Assembly: GCF_009914755.1 (NCBI RefSeq) | Contig: NC_060928.1 | From: the human T2T-CHM13v2.0 reference genome, Homo sapiens | Length of the DNA stretch: 64,000 bases | Direction: 5' to 3' (one strand) | Shown here: positions 34,234 to 48,282 of the stretch, piece after piece | How the letters are laid out: each line of letters starts with the position of its first letter | Numbering within the stretch: position 1 is the first letter of the stretch | Notes under the pieces: generated by a model | Databases searched by the model: none | What the model saw: the letters and a program-made list of their open reading frames with translations, nothing else | Told to the model about the DNA's origin: nothing | Position numbers and translations under genes: made by a program

Positions 34234-34518
34234 CACCAGGTGTGGTGGCTCACGTCTGTAATCCCAGCATTTTGGGAGGCAGAAGCAGGAGGATCACTTT
34301 AGCCCAGAAGTTCGAGACCATCCTGGGCAACAGAATAAGACCTCATTTCTATAAAAAATTAGCCACGTACAGTGGAACGCACCTGTGGTTCCATTTCGGG
34401 AGGCTGAAGCAGGAGGATTGCTTGAGCCCAGAAAGTCAAGGCTGCAATGAGCTGTGATCGCATCACTGCACTTCAGCCTGGGTGACAGAGTGAGACTCTG
34501 TCTCAAAAAAAAAAAAAA
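34234..34518 (+). mobile_element. AluJ
   Basis: ggaggattgcttgagccc and ggctgcaatgagctgtg diagnostics; TSD aaaaaagcac. Confidence 0.9.
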
Positions 34519-34818
34519 GCACATTTCCCCCTCCCCGCCATATTCTTCTCTCATTGCCCAAGAGGCCTATAGTGTATAACTTGGGAGGATGAAATTTGAA
34601 CCTAGGCCTATCTGACACAAAAGCCCATGCTTTTCCACTACTGTCAACTACAAAATGATGGTAAGAACATCAACTGCCTAAGACTGTGGTTAGGATGAAA
34701 TGAAGTGCTATGGAAGAGAGCCTGGATGCATGGAAGATATGCCATGGAGTTGTTTTCCTCCTCTGCTGCCATCCCTGCCCTTCCTCAGGACATGACTCTG
34801 CTTTTCAGGCACTTCCAC

Positions 34819-35280
34819 TAAGGGAGGACACCACCCCTAATATTGTCTTATGCCCAATTTCTGCCTCCAAAGAAGGAAGAAGTAAAAACTAAAAGGCAGA
34901 AATGAAATCCACAGGCAGACAGCCTGGCGCCGTGCCCTGGGCCTGGTAGTTAAAGATTGACCCCTGACCTAACCTGTTGTGTTATCTATAGATTCCAGAC
35001 ATTGTATGGAAAAGCATTGTGAAAATCCCTGTCCTGTTCTGTTCCGTTCTGATTACTGGTGCATGCAGCCCCATCACGTATCCCCTGCTTGCTCAATCGA
35101 TCACGACCCTCTCAGGCAGACCCCCTTAGAGTTGTAAGCCCTTAGAAAGGACAGGAATTGCTCACTCGGGGAGCTCGGTTTTTGGAGACGTGAGTCCTCG
35201 GATGCTCCGAGCTGAATAAAGCCCTTTCGTTCCACAACTTGGTGTCTGAGGGGTTCTTGTCTGTGGCCGGTTCTGCTACA
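34819..35280 (+). mobile_element. LTR2 solo LTR (HERV-E)
   Basis: Start taagggaggacaccacccctaatattgtcttatgcccaatttctgcctcc, end gctaca, aataaa at ~35215, 4-bp TSD ccac/tcac. Confidence 0.9.
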
Positions 35281-35402
35281 TCACCATCTCCTGGTTACCC
35301 CTCTCCTCCAGGGTGGGATAGCTCATCTGTCTCCTTCCCCAGCTGAACACCAGCCCTTTGAAGGAGAGGGATGGGGCTTTGCCATTGTCACAACTTTAGA
35401 GT

Positions 35403-36033
35403 TAATGTGGTAGGAGTTATTAAGAAATTATTTTAGGCAGATAGAGATGAAAAGGGGTCCTTGGGAAGTTTTTGTTTTTAAAGTCAGAAACATTTCTTGT
35501 CTAGCTGGAAAGCCAGGCCAGCAACCTTTGATATGCAAATGGAGGCCATTAGAATCTGGGTCCACCCAAACATGGCGATTCCCGCCCTCTTCTCCTTGCT
35601 CTTGCCCGAACATGTGCCTGGCAACATGGCGGCCCCCATATATCCCCATGTGTGTAGAACATCAGGGTTCCCTGCATTTGCATGTTAAAAGGCTAGGGTG
35701 GAAGGGCCAGTTTCTTCTGGGCTACATGAATGACATGCCTGGTGAAACCAATCCCCTGAGCCCTATGCAAATCAGACACCACCTCCTCCAGCCTCTACAT
35801 ACACCTGGCTGGTTTCCACCCCACTTGGGGTCTCCTCTTTCGGCTTTGGAGCCCCCCCCTCTCTGTCTCTGTACGTGGGAGCTTCTTCCTTCCACCTTCT
35901 TCCTTTCTTTTCTTCCTTTCTTGCCTGTTAAACTCTCTGCTCCTTAAAACCACTCCACGGGTGTCTGGTTGTTTTATCTAATTCAACGTGAGACAAGAGC
36001 TCTGGTGTTCCCCCACTCATCGGAGTCATATCA
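35403..36033 (+). mobile_element. MER61-like ERV1 solo LTR
   Basis: ggagttattaagaaattattttaggcagatagag...aaaggggtccttgggaag start, ends tatca; exact 5' boundary and TSD unclear. Confidence 0.7.
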
Positions 36034-36102
36034 TTTAGGCCAAACCAAAGGCATAAGAGAAACTTAGGATTCCATGGGATGACATTTAAAATGCCTTCAG
36101 AA

Positions 36103-36724
<622 letters not shown>

Positions 36725-37489
36725 AAATGCCTTTAGAACTGTGGTCTAAGCCAGCCACACAAAATAGGAAAAGAATATAAAAATCATTCAGAGACAAACC
36801 AAAGTCTATTAAATGGAGACGGATCCAGAGTTTGGGGATTTCACCCATTTGTTCCAATCACGCAGCTTAAAAGGGACCCACCAGATCATCAGTGACAGGG
36901 ATAAAATCAGCTCTTCAGGTTCAAAGTCTCAGATTCTTTTTTTCATTAATTCAACAAATATATATTGAACACCTACTATATACACACCTGAAGCCTATGT
37001 GAGGCTCTAGGGATACAATGGCAACAAGGAGGTTTCCTGCTCTCAAGATGCCCATTTGATTCCATTCCACTAAAGGAGAAAGACACAAGACAGATATATT
37101 TGAATACAAACAAACCTGCAGTAAGCACACAAGTGAAACAAATAGTTGCATGTTGTTCTAAAGGCTTCAAAGGAAGCCATCAACAGGCTGAGATTCTGAA
37201 TAAGTTGGTGGAAGGAAGTGGGGCCTATGTCAGGTGGGATGGGCAGAAAAGGCCCCTGAAGCTGAGCGAGACCCAAAGGAAGAACAGGTGCTGGCTGTGT
37301 GGGGAGAAGCCTCTGGGTCTAGGGCCACCATCCCAGCGTGAGCTCAGCAGATTTGAGGAACAAACAATAAACATTCTAGTGGACATTGTAAGGAGCCCAG
37401 GAATGGGGGTAGAAATATTTTTACAGGGCCATTCAGGAAAGACTCAGTAGACAGCTAGATTTTTAAGGAGTCAGATTGGTAGACTAGAT

Positions 37490-37546
37490 TGTGTGTGTGT
37501 GTGTGTGTGTGTGTGGGTGTGTGTGTGTGTGTGTGTGTGTGTCTGT
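37490..37546. repeat. (GT)n microsatellite
   Basis: Direct reading; ~28 units with two interruptions. Confidence 0.97.
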
Positions 37547-38672
37547 GAATTAATGCTGGGAAAATCTCCAGGCCATTGGCATGGCCCTAACCTGGCTAGT
37601 GTGACTCCTTTCTCTGCAAACAGGCTCAGCAAGCTTTGGGCAGAGAATAGGTAGATTTAGTGGTTGACGACAGACTCCCTGAGAAAAACGGGAGAGGACA
37701 GATGTGTGTGTGTGACTCCTGACAATGATTAGACTGCTTTAGGGTCATTGCTGTCTTCGGAAAAGACTGAGTAGGCCAATGCCATGTAGGGCGTTGACTG
37801 GAGCAAGTTCAGTAGGCATTGCCTTTATAGGTATCAGCCATTCAGCAAACATTTGTCTAGACAGTATGGCACTGTGGCGTTAAATGCGGCCTCTGGAGTT
37901 GGTATCACCACTCACTGTGTGACCTTGAACTAGCTATTCACTGTTTCTGGGCTTTAGATTTCTCATGGGGTTGTTGTCAGGGTTAAAAAGTTCACAAGTC
38001 ATAGCACAGTCTATAAGAATTTAACAGGTACTCAACAAATATTCATTCTCCTACCCTCTCTCCTGCCCCTCCCTTCGAATTAGAGGAGTGAAAAAAGGAA
38101 CCAGGGTGAAAAGAAATTGAGGAAGTAGAATGTGCCGACTTGCCACACCTGCTGTGCACAGTAAGGAAGAGGGAAGAAGACGGTTCCCGCACTTCTGGCC
38201 TGACACACCAGCCAACAGTTGTATCAATCAGGACTCTTTCTAATGCAAGTCACAGAGTATTAAGCAATAAGGAAGTTTCTTGGCTTATGTAGCTGAAAAA
38301 TCCTAAGTGCAGCCAATTTTGATATGCTTGGTCACAACGAAAGCTTTAACAACAACAACAACATAATTTATAGGTCATATTCTCAAATCAAAAACTGAAA
38401 AATTTCACATACATGATAAAAATGACCTAAAAAACTTTATGTATTTAGAAATTAAAGAGCAAACTCTTAGATAAGTCTTGGATCAAAAAGGAAGTAAAAG
38501 AGGACTCGCAAAGTATCTAGAAACCAATGAAAAGGAAATTACTTTCTATTGCACCAGACAGGACCCTGAGAATGGTACTCAGAGAATATTTGGAGTTCTC
38601 AAATGCCTTGCAACTGAAAAATAAAGCCAAAAAATAAAGGAACTAACTATTCCTCTCAAAAATTTAGAAAGA

Positions 38673-38984
<312 letters not shown>

Positions 38985-39589
38985 TTAGAAACAGAAATCA
39001 GGAAATTGACATTGACAAAAGTCAAATTTAGAATTAATGATTTAGAAAAAAGAAAGAATAAAGAACAGTAGGAGGGAAAATATGTGAAATCTACTGAAAA
39101 TAACTCCAAATGTTTATTGGATAGACTAATAAAATAAACAGCTTACAAGTTTGAAGAGGGAAAAAAGAAAAAAAGAGATTAGGAAGCTGAAGTCGATTAA
39201 AAGATTCAAGAGAGTCACCACAGCCAATGCTATGACAGTGAATATGAAAAGCTATAGGAAACGTATGATTTTTTTTTGCAAAATACAGACTATTTAAATT
39301 CATCCAAGAAGAGAGGAAAAATGTGAATGGACAAATTATTACATGAATGGACCAATTATTACAGAAGTAATGGTAAAGTGCTTGGACGTTTACTATTGAA
39401 AAGACCTTAGGGCCAGATGGCCTTAGAGTTGAGTTTGTTTTTCCTTTTTTAACTGATATATAATAGTTGTACATTTTTTGGTTTTAAAATTGATATATAA
39501 TAGTTGTACATATGTAGCTGAGTTTCAGCTAAGCTCTAAAGTTCTGATAATTTACCTCTAAAGGTCTGATAATTCCAATGTTAAGTGAT

Positions 39590-39756
39590 TTTTTTTTAAG
39601 AGACAGGGTCTGGCTATGTTGCCTAGGCTGGAGTGCGGTGGCTATTCACAGGCATGATCACTGCACGCTACAGTCTCAAACTCTGACCTCAACTGTTCTT
39701 CCTGTCTCAGCCTTCCAAGTAGCTGGGACTAAAGGCATGAGCCACTGCACCCGGCC
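39590..39756 (-). mobile_element. FAM (fossil Alu monomer)
   Basis: Monomer containing the 7SL-derived gtggctattcacaggc segment; TSD ccaatgttaa. Confidence 0.8.
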
Positions 39757-40488
39757 CAATGTTAAATTATTTAAACCCTTGCTACTCAAAGTGTGTCCGA
39801 GGACTGTAGTATTAATACCACCTAGATGCTGATTAGGAATGCAGGTTTAGCTACTCCAAGCCATATAAAAATCTTTTAAATTCACATTTTGAAGCCAATA
39901 CAATTTTAATATCAAAACATAAGAAAGAAAAAAGGATAGAGTAATATTTGTTAATTACAATTATAATTATAGACTAATTTCACTTATGATTTAGAAATAC
40001 AAATTATAAATAAAATATTAGCTTATATAGGTCTTCATTATATCAAGAGTAAAATACAATGAACAGCAAGGTTTATTCCACAACTGCAAGAGTGGTTCAA
40101 TATCCAAATCCCAGTAACCTAATCCATTACACTGATAAACTACAGAAGAAAAACATCAGCAGCTGTTCAAATGATAATTGATAAAATTCAGCAGCCATTC
40201 CTAATAAAAATTCTAAGTAGGCATGAAAAAATTTAAACTGACAAAAACTACCAGAAACCAATAGCAAATATTATCTTATATAGAGACACTACTGAAAGCA
40301 TTTTAGTCAAGAAACAGATAGATACCTGCACCATCATTATTATTTAATATTATTTTAGATATTTTAGCAAATGCAAGAAGAAAAAAAGTTAACTAGTAAG
40401 TATAAATATCAGAAAAGAAAAAATAAAAACATGTCTTTTGATATGGTTGCATATTTAGAAAACTCAAGATAATTAAGAAGGCAAAACA

Positions 40489-40817
<329 letters not shown>

Positions 40818-40861
40818 TTATCACACTCTCTTAATATGTCTTGTAATTGTTTTGCCTTCTT

Positions 40862-41110
40862 TTTTATTTTTTTGAGACAGAGTCTCGCTCTGTCCCCAGG
40901 CTGGAGTACAGTGGCATGGGTACCAGTGGCTACTCGAGTAGCTGGGATTACACGTGCGTGCCACCATGCCCAGCTAATTTTTGTATTTTTAGTAGAGACA
41001 GGGTTTCACCATGTTGGCCAGGCTGGTCTCTAACTCCTGATTGCAAGTGACCCTCCCGCCTTGGCCCCCCAAAGTGCTAGGATTATAGGTGTGAGCCACT
41101 GCTCCCAGCC
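40862..41110 (-). mobile_element. Alu with an internal deletion and foreign filler
   Basis: The right arm is replaced between gtggcatgg and gagtagctggg by gtaccagtggctactc. Confidence 0.9.
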
Positions 41111-41915
41111 CACAATAGCTTTTTTTCTACCTTAATAGGAACCAACTAAAAATAAGAATGGGAACATATTTATGCATATATAATGTTGACATAAACTATA
41201 CATTCTTTAGGAATAGTTCTAACAAGTAAGTAACAGAAAATATAGGGGAAAAACTCTTAGTTAAGAAAACTATGAGAAAGAAAAACAATAAGGGAGATTT
41301 GCCCTACCAGATAATCGGAAACTAAAGCCACAATAATCAAACCTCTACAAGTATGGATATAGAGTTAGATTCTGAGGAGATGTTCACGTAGACAAATGTG
41401 GTAATTTAATTCAGGAGGAAAGAAATGGGCCATTTAATTAACAACTGACTACTTTCTGGAAGAAAATTTAAAAAGATTCTGTCTTATACTACATATGAAA
41501 ATACACTGCAGATGAATAAAAGGCTTAGATATAAATTTTAAAACTCTAGGCAAGAAATCTAGGTAACTACATGATCAATAGAAACCTACAAGCGATAAAG
41601 TAAAGGTAGCCATGTTTGATTATATAAAAAATTTTTTAAATTTAAGACAAAACCAATCATAAACAAAGTCAATAACAGTAGATTTGAAAATAATAATAAA
41701 GCATATGATAGAAAAGGGGTTGATTTTTAAAAAACAGATGAAGAGCTCTTACAAATTGACAAGAAAAATGACCAAAAACCCAACAGAAAATGTGCAACCA
41801 ATATGAATTGCAAGGGGATAGAGAAAAATAAATCCAAAGACCCACAAACATATGAAAAGACACTTAAATTCACTAGAGTTAGGGAAATACAGGCTACAGT
41901 AACAGTAAGATATTA

Positions 41916-42412
41916 CAGGTTAAGCATTTCTAATCTGAAAATCTGAAATGCTCCAAAATCAGAAACTTTGAGTGTGGACATGACACTCTAAATGGGAAAT
42001 TCCACACTGACCTCATGTGACAGATCTCAGTCAAAACGCAGATGTCAAGTGCACGGTTTATTTAGCATCTGCAAGGTAATCAAGACCCTTCCGGCCCCCA
42101 TCAGCTATGATGTATCTTTTCTGTGCATGGCCAGATTCCCTCACGCAAGCAAACCCACAAAAGGTCTTAGAATGGTAGGTATGAAGGCCAGATATGCCAA
42201 TGGCAGGTTTGTCATGATACCCCACATGGGGCCAATACCTATATGCATTACTCACTGTAGTTTTTTCCGCTTATTCTCTCCCTTGTGGCATAAAGATATT
42301 GTTGAAAATGTCTAGAAGGCCCACATGATACCCAGGGGGTAATGCAAATATTCCAAAACAAAATCTGAAACACTTTTGGCTCCAAGCATTTTGGGTAAGG
42401 GACCTCAACCTG
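41916..42412. mobile_element. Tigger4/MER46-type TcMar DNA transposon
   Basis: TIRs caggttaagcatttc / agggacctcaacctg with TA on both sides. Confidence 0.8.
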
Positions 42413-42898
42413 TACTTGGTATCCATCTGATTGGCAAAAGTTAAAAGGAATCATACTGTTACCTGCTAGTGGGATATGAGAAAAATGTCATCATACCTAT
42501 TGGTGGAAACATAAAGTGTTATGGCTTGTTTTGGAAGGCAATGTGGATTAATAAATGAGTTAATATTTGAGAAATGCTGAAAACAGTGTCTGTCATATAA
42601 TAAATGCTATGTACATTCTTGTTAAGTAAACAAAAGTTCTCTGAAAAATAAAATGCATATACCTGTTGACTCAACAACTCCACTCTCAGAAATCTATCTC
42701 ACTGGCACAAACATACATGCAAACATATTTGTTATAGCATTGTCCATAGCGGCAAAGAGCTAGAAACAGTGAATGTCCATCAAAGGAAATGAATGAACAA
42801 ACTGTGATACATCCACATTGTATGGAATATAATGTGACCTTTAGGAAGAATGATTTAGGTTTTTTGTTTTGTTTTGTTTTTGAGACAAGGTCTGTCTC

Positions 42899-45550
42899 TT
42901 GCAGCCCCTCTCTAGTTGTGTTCAACATATCATCAAGCTTTTAAATTTTTTGGCTGAATGCAGGTACTGGGTATACAAAAGGAAGGCCCAATTAACATCT
43001 CCAAAAGTTTCATACTTAGGACTGATCATAACTCCAAATACCCAAGAAATGCTGCCGGCATGAAAGCAAGGTGTTCAACAAATCCCATTTCCTAAAACAA
43101 AAAGGGACTTACTTTCCTTCCTTGGATTAGTGGGTTTATTTAGCATCTGCAAGGTAATCAAGACCCTTCCGGCCCCCATCAGCTATGGTGTGTCTTTTCT
43201 GTGCATGGCCAGATTCCCTCACGCAAGCAAACCCACAAAACATCTTAGAATGGTAGGTATGAAGACCAGATATGCCAATGGCAGGTTTGCCATGATACCC
43301 CACATGGGGCCAATACCTATATGCATTACTCACTGTGGTTTTTTCCACAGTGTCTGTCATATAATAAATGCTATGTACATTTATTATATGTAAAAAGGAA
43401 ACCTTGACCAACCACTCACTCCCACCGCAGACCTTTATCATGCTTTCTCTTGCCTAAAACATGCCTTATTACAGGCCCCTGCTGTAGGCCTTCCAAATCC
43501 CCTAAGACCTTTTCATCTATATTTACACAGTTCACATTATCAGGCCCTTGGACTGTCAGCCCAATCCATGGGAGACTCCCAAGCCAAGTGGCATAGTTTT
43601 CAAAACAACTAGACCCCATTTATAAAAACTGGCCCCTTTGCTTGAAAATTTTGTCCACAGCCTCTTTAATTATCTCTGAGGCACAAAAACTCACATTCTA
43701 CGAACCCTTTCAGATATTTTCTTCTCACAATCTACAAGATACACTCAGCCATAAGGCACTCACCTCCATCTCATCCTCTCACACGCAAGTCCTACATTCA
43801 ACCCTCCTTCAACCCTCTATCTCTCTTCATAGATGCTCTCCTCATAATCCCGCCCCTCTTTTACCTTCAACACCAATTTTGGACCCTGAGTAACACTCAT
43901 GCTCTGATTTAATTGAAAGTTCCCTCACCATGTTTCACCACCTTACTTCCACTCACAAGAAAGGAGCCCCAGAGTGGTTTTTGAATGGCAGTGCATCAAA
44001 AATCTATCCCCTCCAACAGGGATACGCCATCATTGAAGGATATCATGACGGTACCCACTTTCTCCCACCTAGAAGAGTCACAGAGGCTGCCCCCCTTGCC
44101 TTTGGACACATCCCCCAACAAGCAGAATTAGTGCTAATAAGAGCACTAACCCTAGCAAAAAACACACAAGTTAAAATATACACTGATTCTAAATATGCCT
44201 ACAATATCATCCACTCCAATGTCCAAATTTGGAGTGAGCAGGGCTATCTCACAGGTAAGGGAACCCCTATCATTAATGGAAAACTCATTCATCATCTATT
44301 AAAGGCAACTCTACTTCTAGAAAACGTTGCGGTTATCCTTTGCAAAGGACATGAATCAGACAAAAGCCACATTTCTTTAGGGAACCATGAGGCTGACTAC
44401 TGGGCAAAACACACCTCAACCAATGACCCAATTCCCCAGTACCTATTTCCCCTCATACAACATATCCCCTCCTTTTGTCCAGAACACCAAACACAACAAC
44501 TAATCATGGCGGGGGCACAATTCAAACCCCATATTGGTTCATACAAAACAAATTAGTCCTACCTGACCCTGAAAAAACAACTCTTCTATGGAACATTCAC
44601 AACCTCTTCCACACTAGCCATTCCCCCTCTACAACATTTCTTAAGTTCCCATATACACATAACCCCAGATATAAAGGAACAGTTAAAAGCCATTTCCCAT
44701 CAATGCTCTATTTGCCAAAAAGATTCACCTCACTCCAACACTAGATCCCCTTCTTTCCCAACACATCAAACCAGGGGAAATCTTCCAGGACAGGATTGGC
44801 AAATTGATTTTACCCATATGCCCCCAGTAAAAAGGGTTCAATTTCTTTTAGTTCTGGTTGATACCTTTTCAGGATGGGTTGAGGCTTTTCCCCCAACCCA
44901 CAAATGAGCTTCTACTGTCACCTCCAAATTAATAACAGAAATCATCCCCAGGCTCAGGGTGCCTCTTTCTTTTCAATCTGATAATGGTCCTGAATTCATT
45001 TTTCAGATTACTCAAACACTTGCACAAGCCCTAAAAATCACCTGGAAGCTACACATCCCCTATCGACCTCAATCTTCAGGAAAGATTGAAACAATGGATG
45101 GCATTCTAAAAAGCACCCTCACCAGGTACTCACTCCAAACACATAAAGACTGGGTTACACTTTTGCCTTTAGCCCTTCTAAAAATTTGGGCACTACCACA
45201 TAAACCTTTAATGCTCAGCCCTTTTAAACTCATATATGGGAGACAACTAACCCCTTTTGCTCCACCTCAGGGTCAAGCCCCACCTCTACCAATCCCTCTC
45301 GTTTCCCCTCTTCTACATACTATCGCCATTTCATTTTGGAATATGCTGACAAATACCTGCCACAACCTGTCGCTGACTCCTCTAATCCCTTCCTACAGCC
45401 AGGAGACTGGGTTCTGGTAAAAGATCCCAGTCCTACCCCCAACTGCCCCCTCACACCTAAATGGAAGGGACCTTACCAGATCATCCTTACTACACCCATG
45501 GCAGCAAAACTCCAGAGACTCCCCAATGGTTTCATTATACTTCTCTCAAG
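42899..45550 (+). pseudogene. HERV-F-type pol remnant (RT C-terminus, RNase H, integrase)
   Basis: LLNFLAECRY..KAQL..SYLGL, LLSFLGLVG, QQAEL..IYTDSKYA..GNHEAD, WQIDFTHMP, SDNGPEF, YRPQSSGKIE; stops and frameshifts; gag, pro and the 5' LTR are absent. Confidence 0.92.
43133..43381 (+). repeat. Two-segment templated insertion copied from 42055-42268 and 42583-42617
   Basis: A 214-bp copy (7 mismatches counted) followed directly by an exact 35-bp copy. Confidence 0.95.
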
Positions 45551-45693
45551 AAAACAGACTTGCCTTCATCCACATACCCAAACAACCAAATCTAAAACCC
45601 CTTCAGCCTTCTCTTGTGTCTCCACAGGACCCACTTCTCTTTGCCTCACCCAAATCCCAGAGGAAAAGGAGGAGAAATCCACATAAGCCGCTT

Positions 45694-47730
<2,037 letters not shown>

Positions 47731-47828
47731 TCCAAGACCAAAGAACTCTCCGCCTGCTGCCCCTCAGCAGGAAGTAGCCAAAAAGAAAATGCCGCCCCTA
47801 GTTCTTTTTATAACTATAGGGACTGGAT

Positions 47829-48282
47829 TGACAGAGCAGTAGCATTGCTATCTTGGACAAATGCCACCATTTTAAGTTCCCCTTGATTTAAAAAAAACCA
47901 CCTAAATCCAGCCCCAAAACATCAGCCTAATGGCTAATGTCACCATAACCAAAAACATTCCAACCCTAAGATAAACCGCCCTCTGACCACAAACATGCCA
48001 ACCCAAGATAGCCTCCCCACCCTGCAATAAACATTCTAACCTGAGACATTCCAGAGACATTCCAACCCTGCAATAAACTTTCCCTCACAAAGAAACATTC
48101 CAAGCCTGCGCCTGCGATAAGCTACCCTCTTCCTAAACCCTTAAATACCCTTAGTCTTTAAAAGAGAATGCTCCTGACTGAAATTGGCTAGAAGCCTCTC
48201 TCAGGTTTATTCTCCAAAGTAAACCTGTCTTTGACTGTTGAGCCACTTTTCTTGTTTCTTTCCTCTTTCTTTAACTCTTACA
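47829..48282 (+). mobile_element. 3' LTR, LTR19 family (HERV-F/HERVFH19)
   Basis: tgacagagcagtagcattgctatcttggacaa start, repeated aaacattccaaccc units, end cttaca. Confidence 0.85.

Noticed and set aside
37100-37450. 116-aa ORF
   Set aside because: It overlaps L2-like decayed sequence, has a non-ATG start and contains no recognisable domain.
39590-39756. 7SL RNA gene or pseudogene
   Set aside because: It is only ~165 bp, lacks the S domain and has a TSD, which fits FAM.
41992-43441. Near-identical ORF pairs suggesting duplicated genes
   Set aside because: Explained by the templated copy of Tigger4 interior sequence.
47950-48120. Repeated aaacattccaaccc units
   Set aside because: Appear intrinsic to the LTR19 U3 region.
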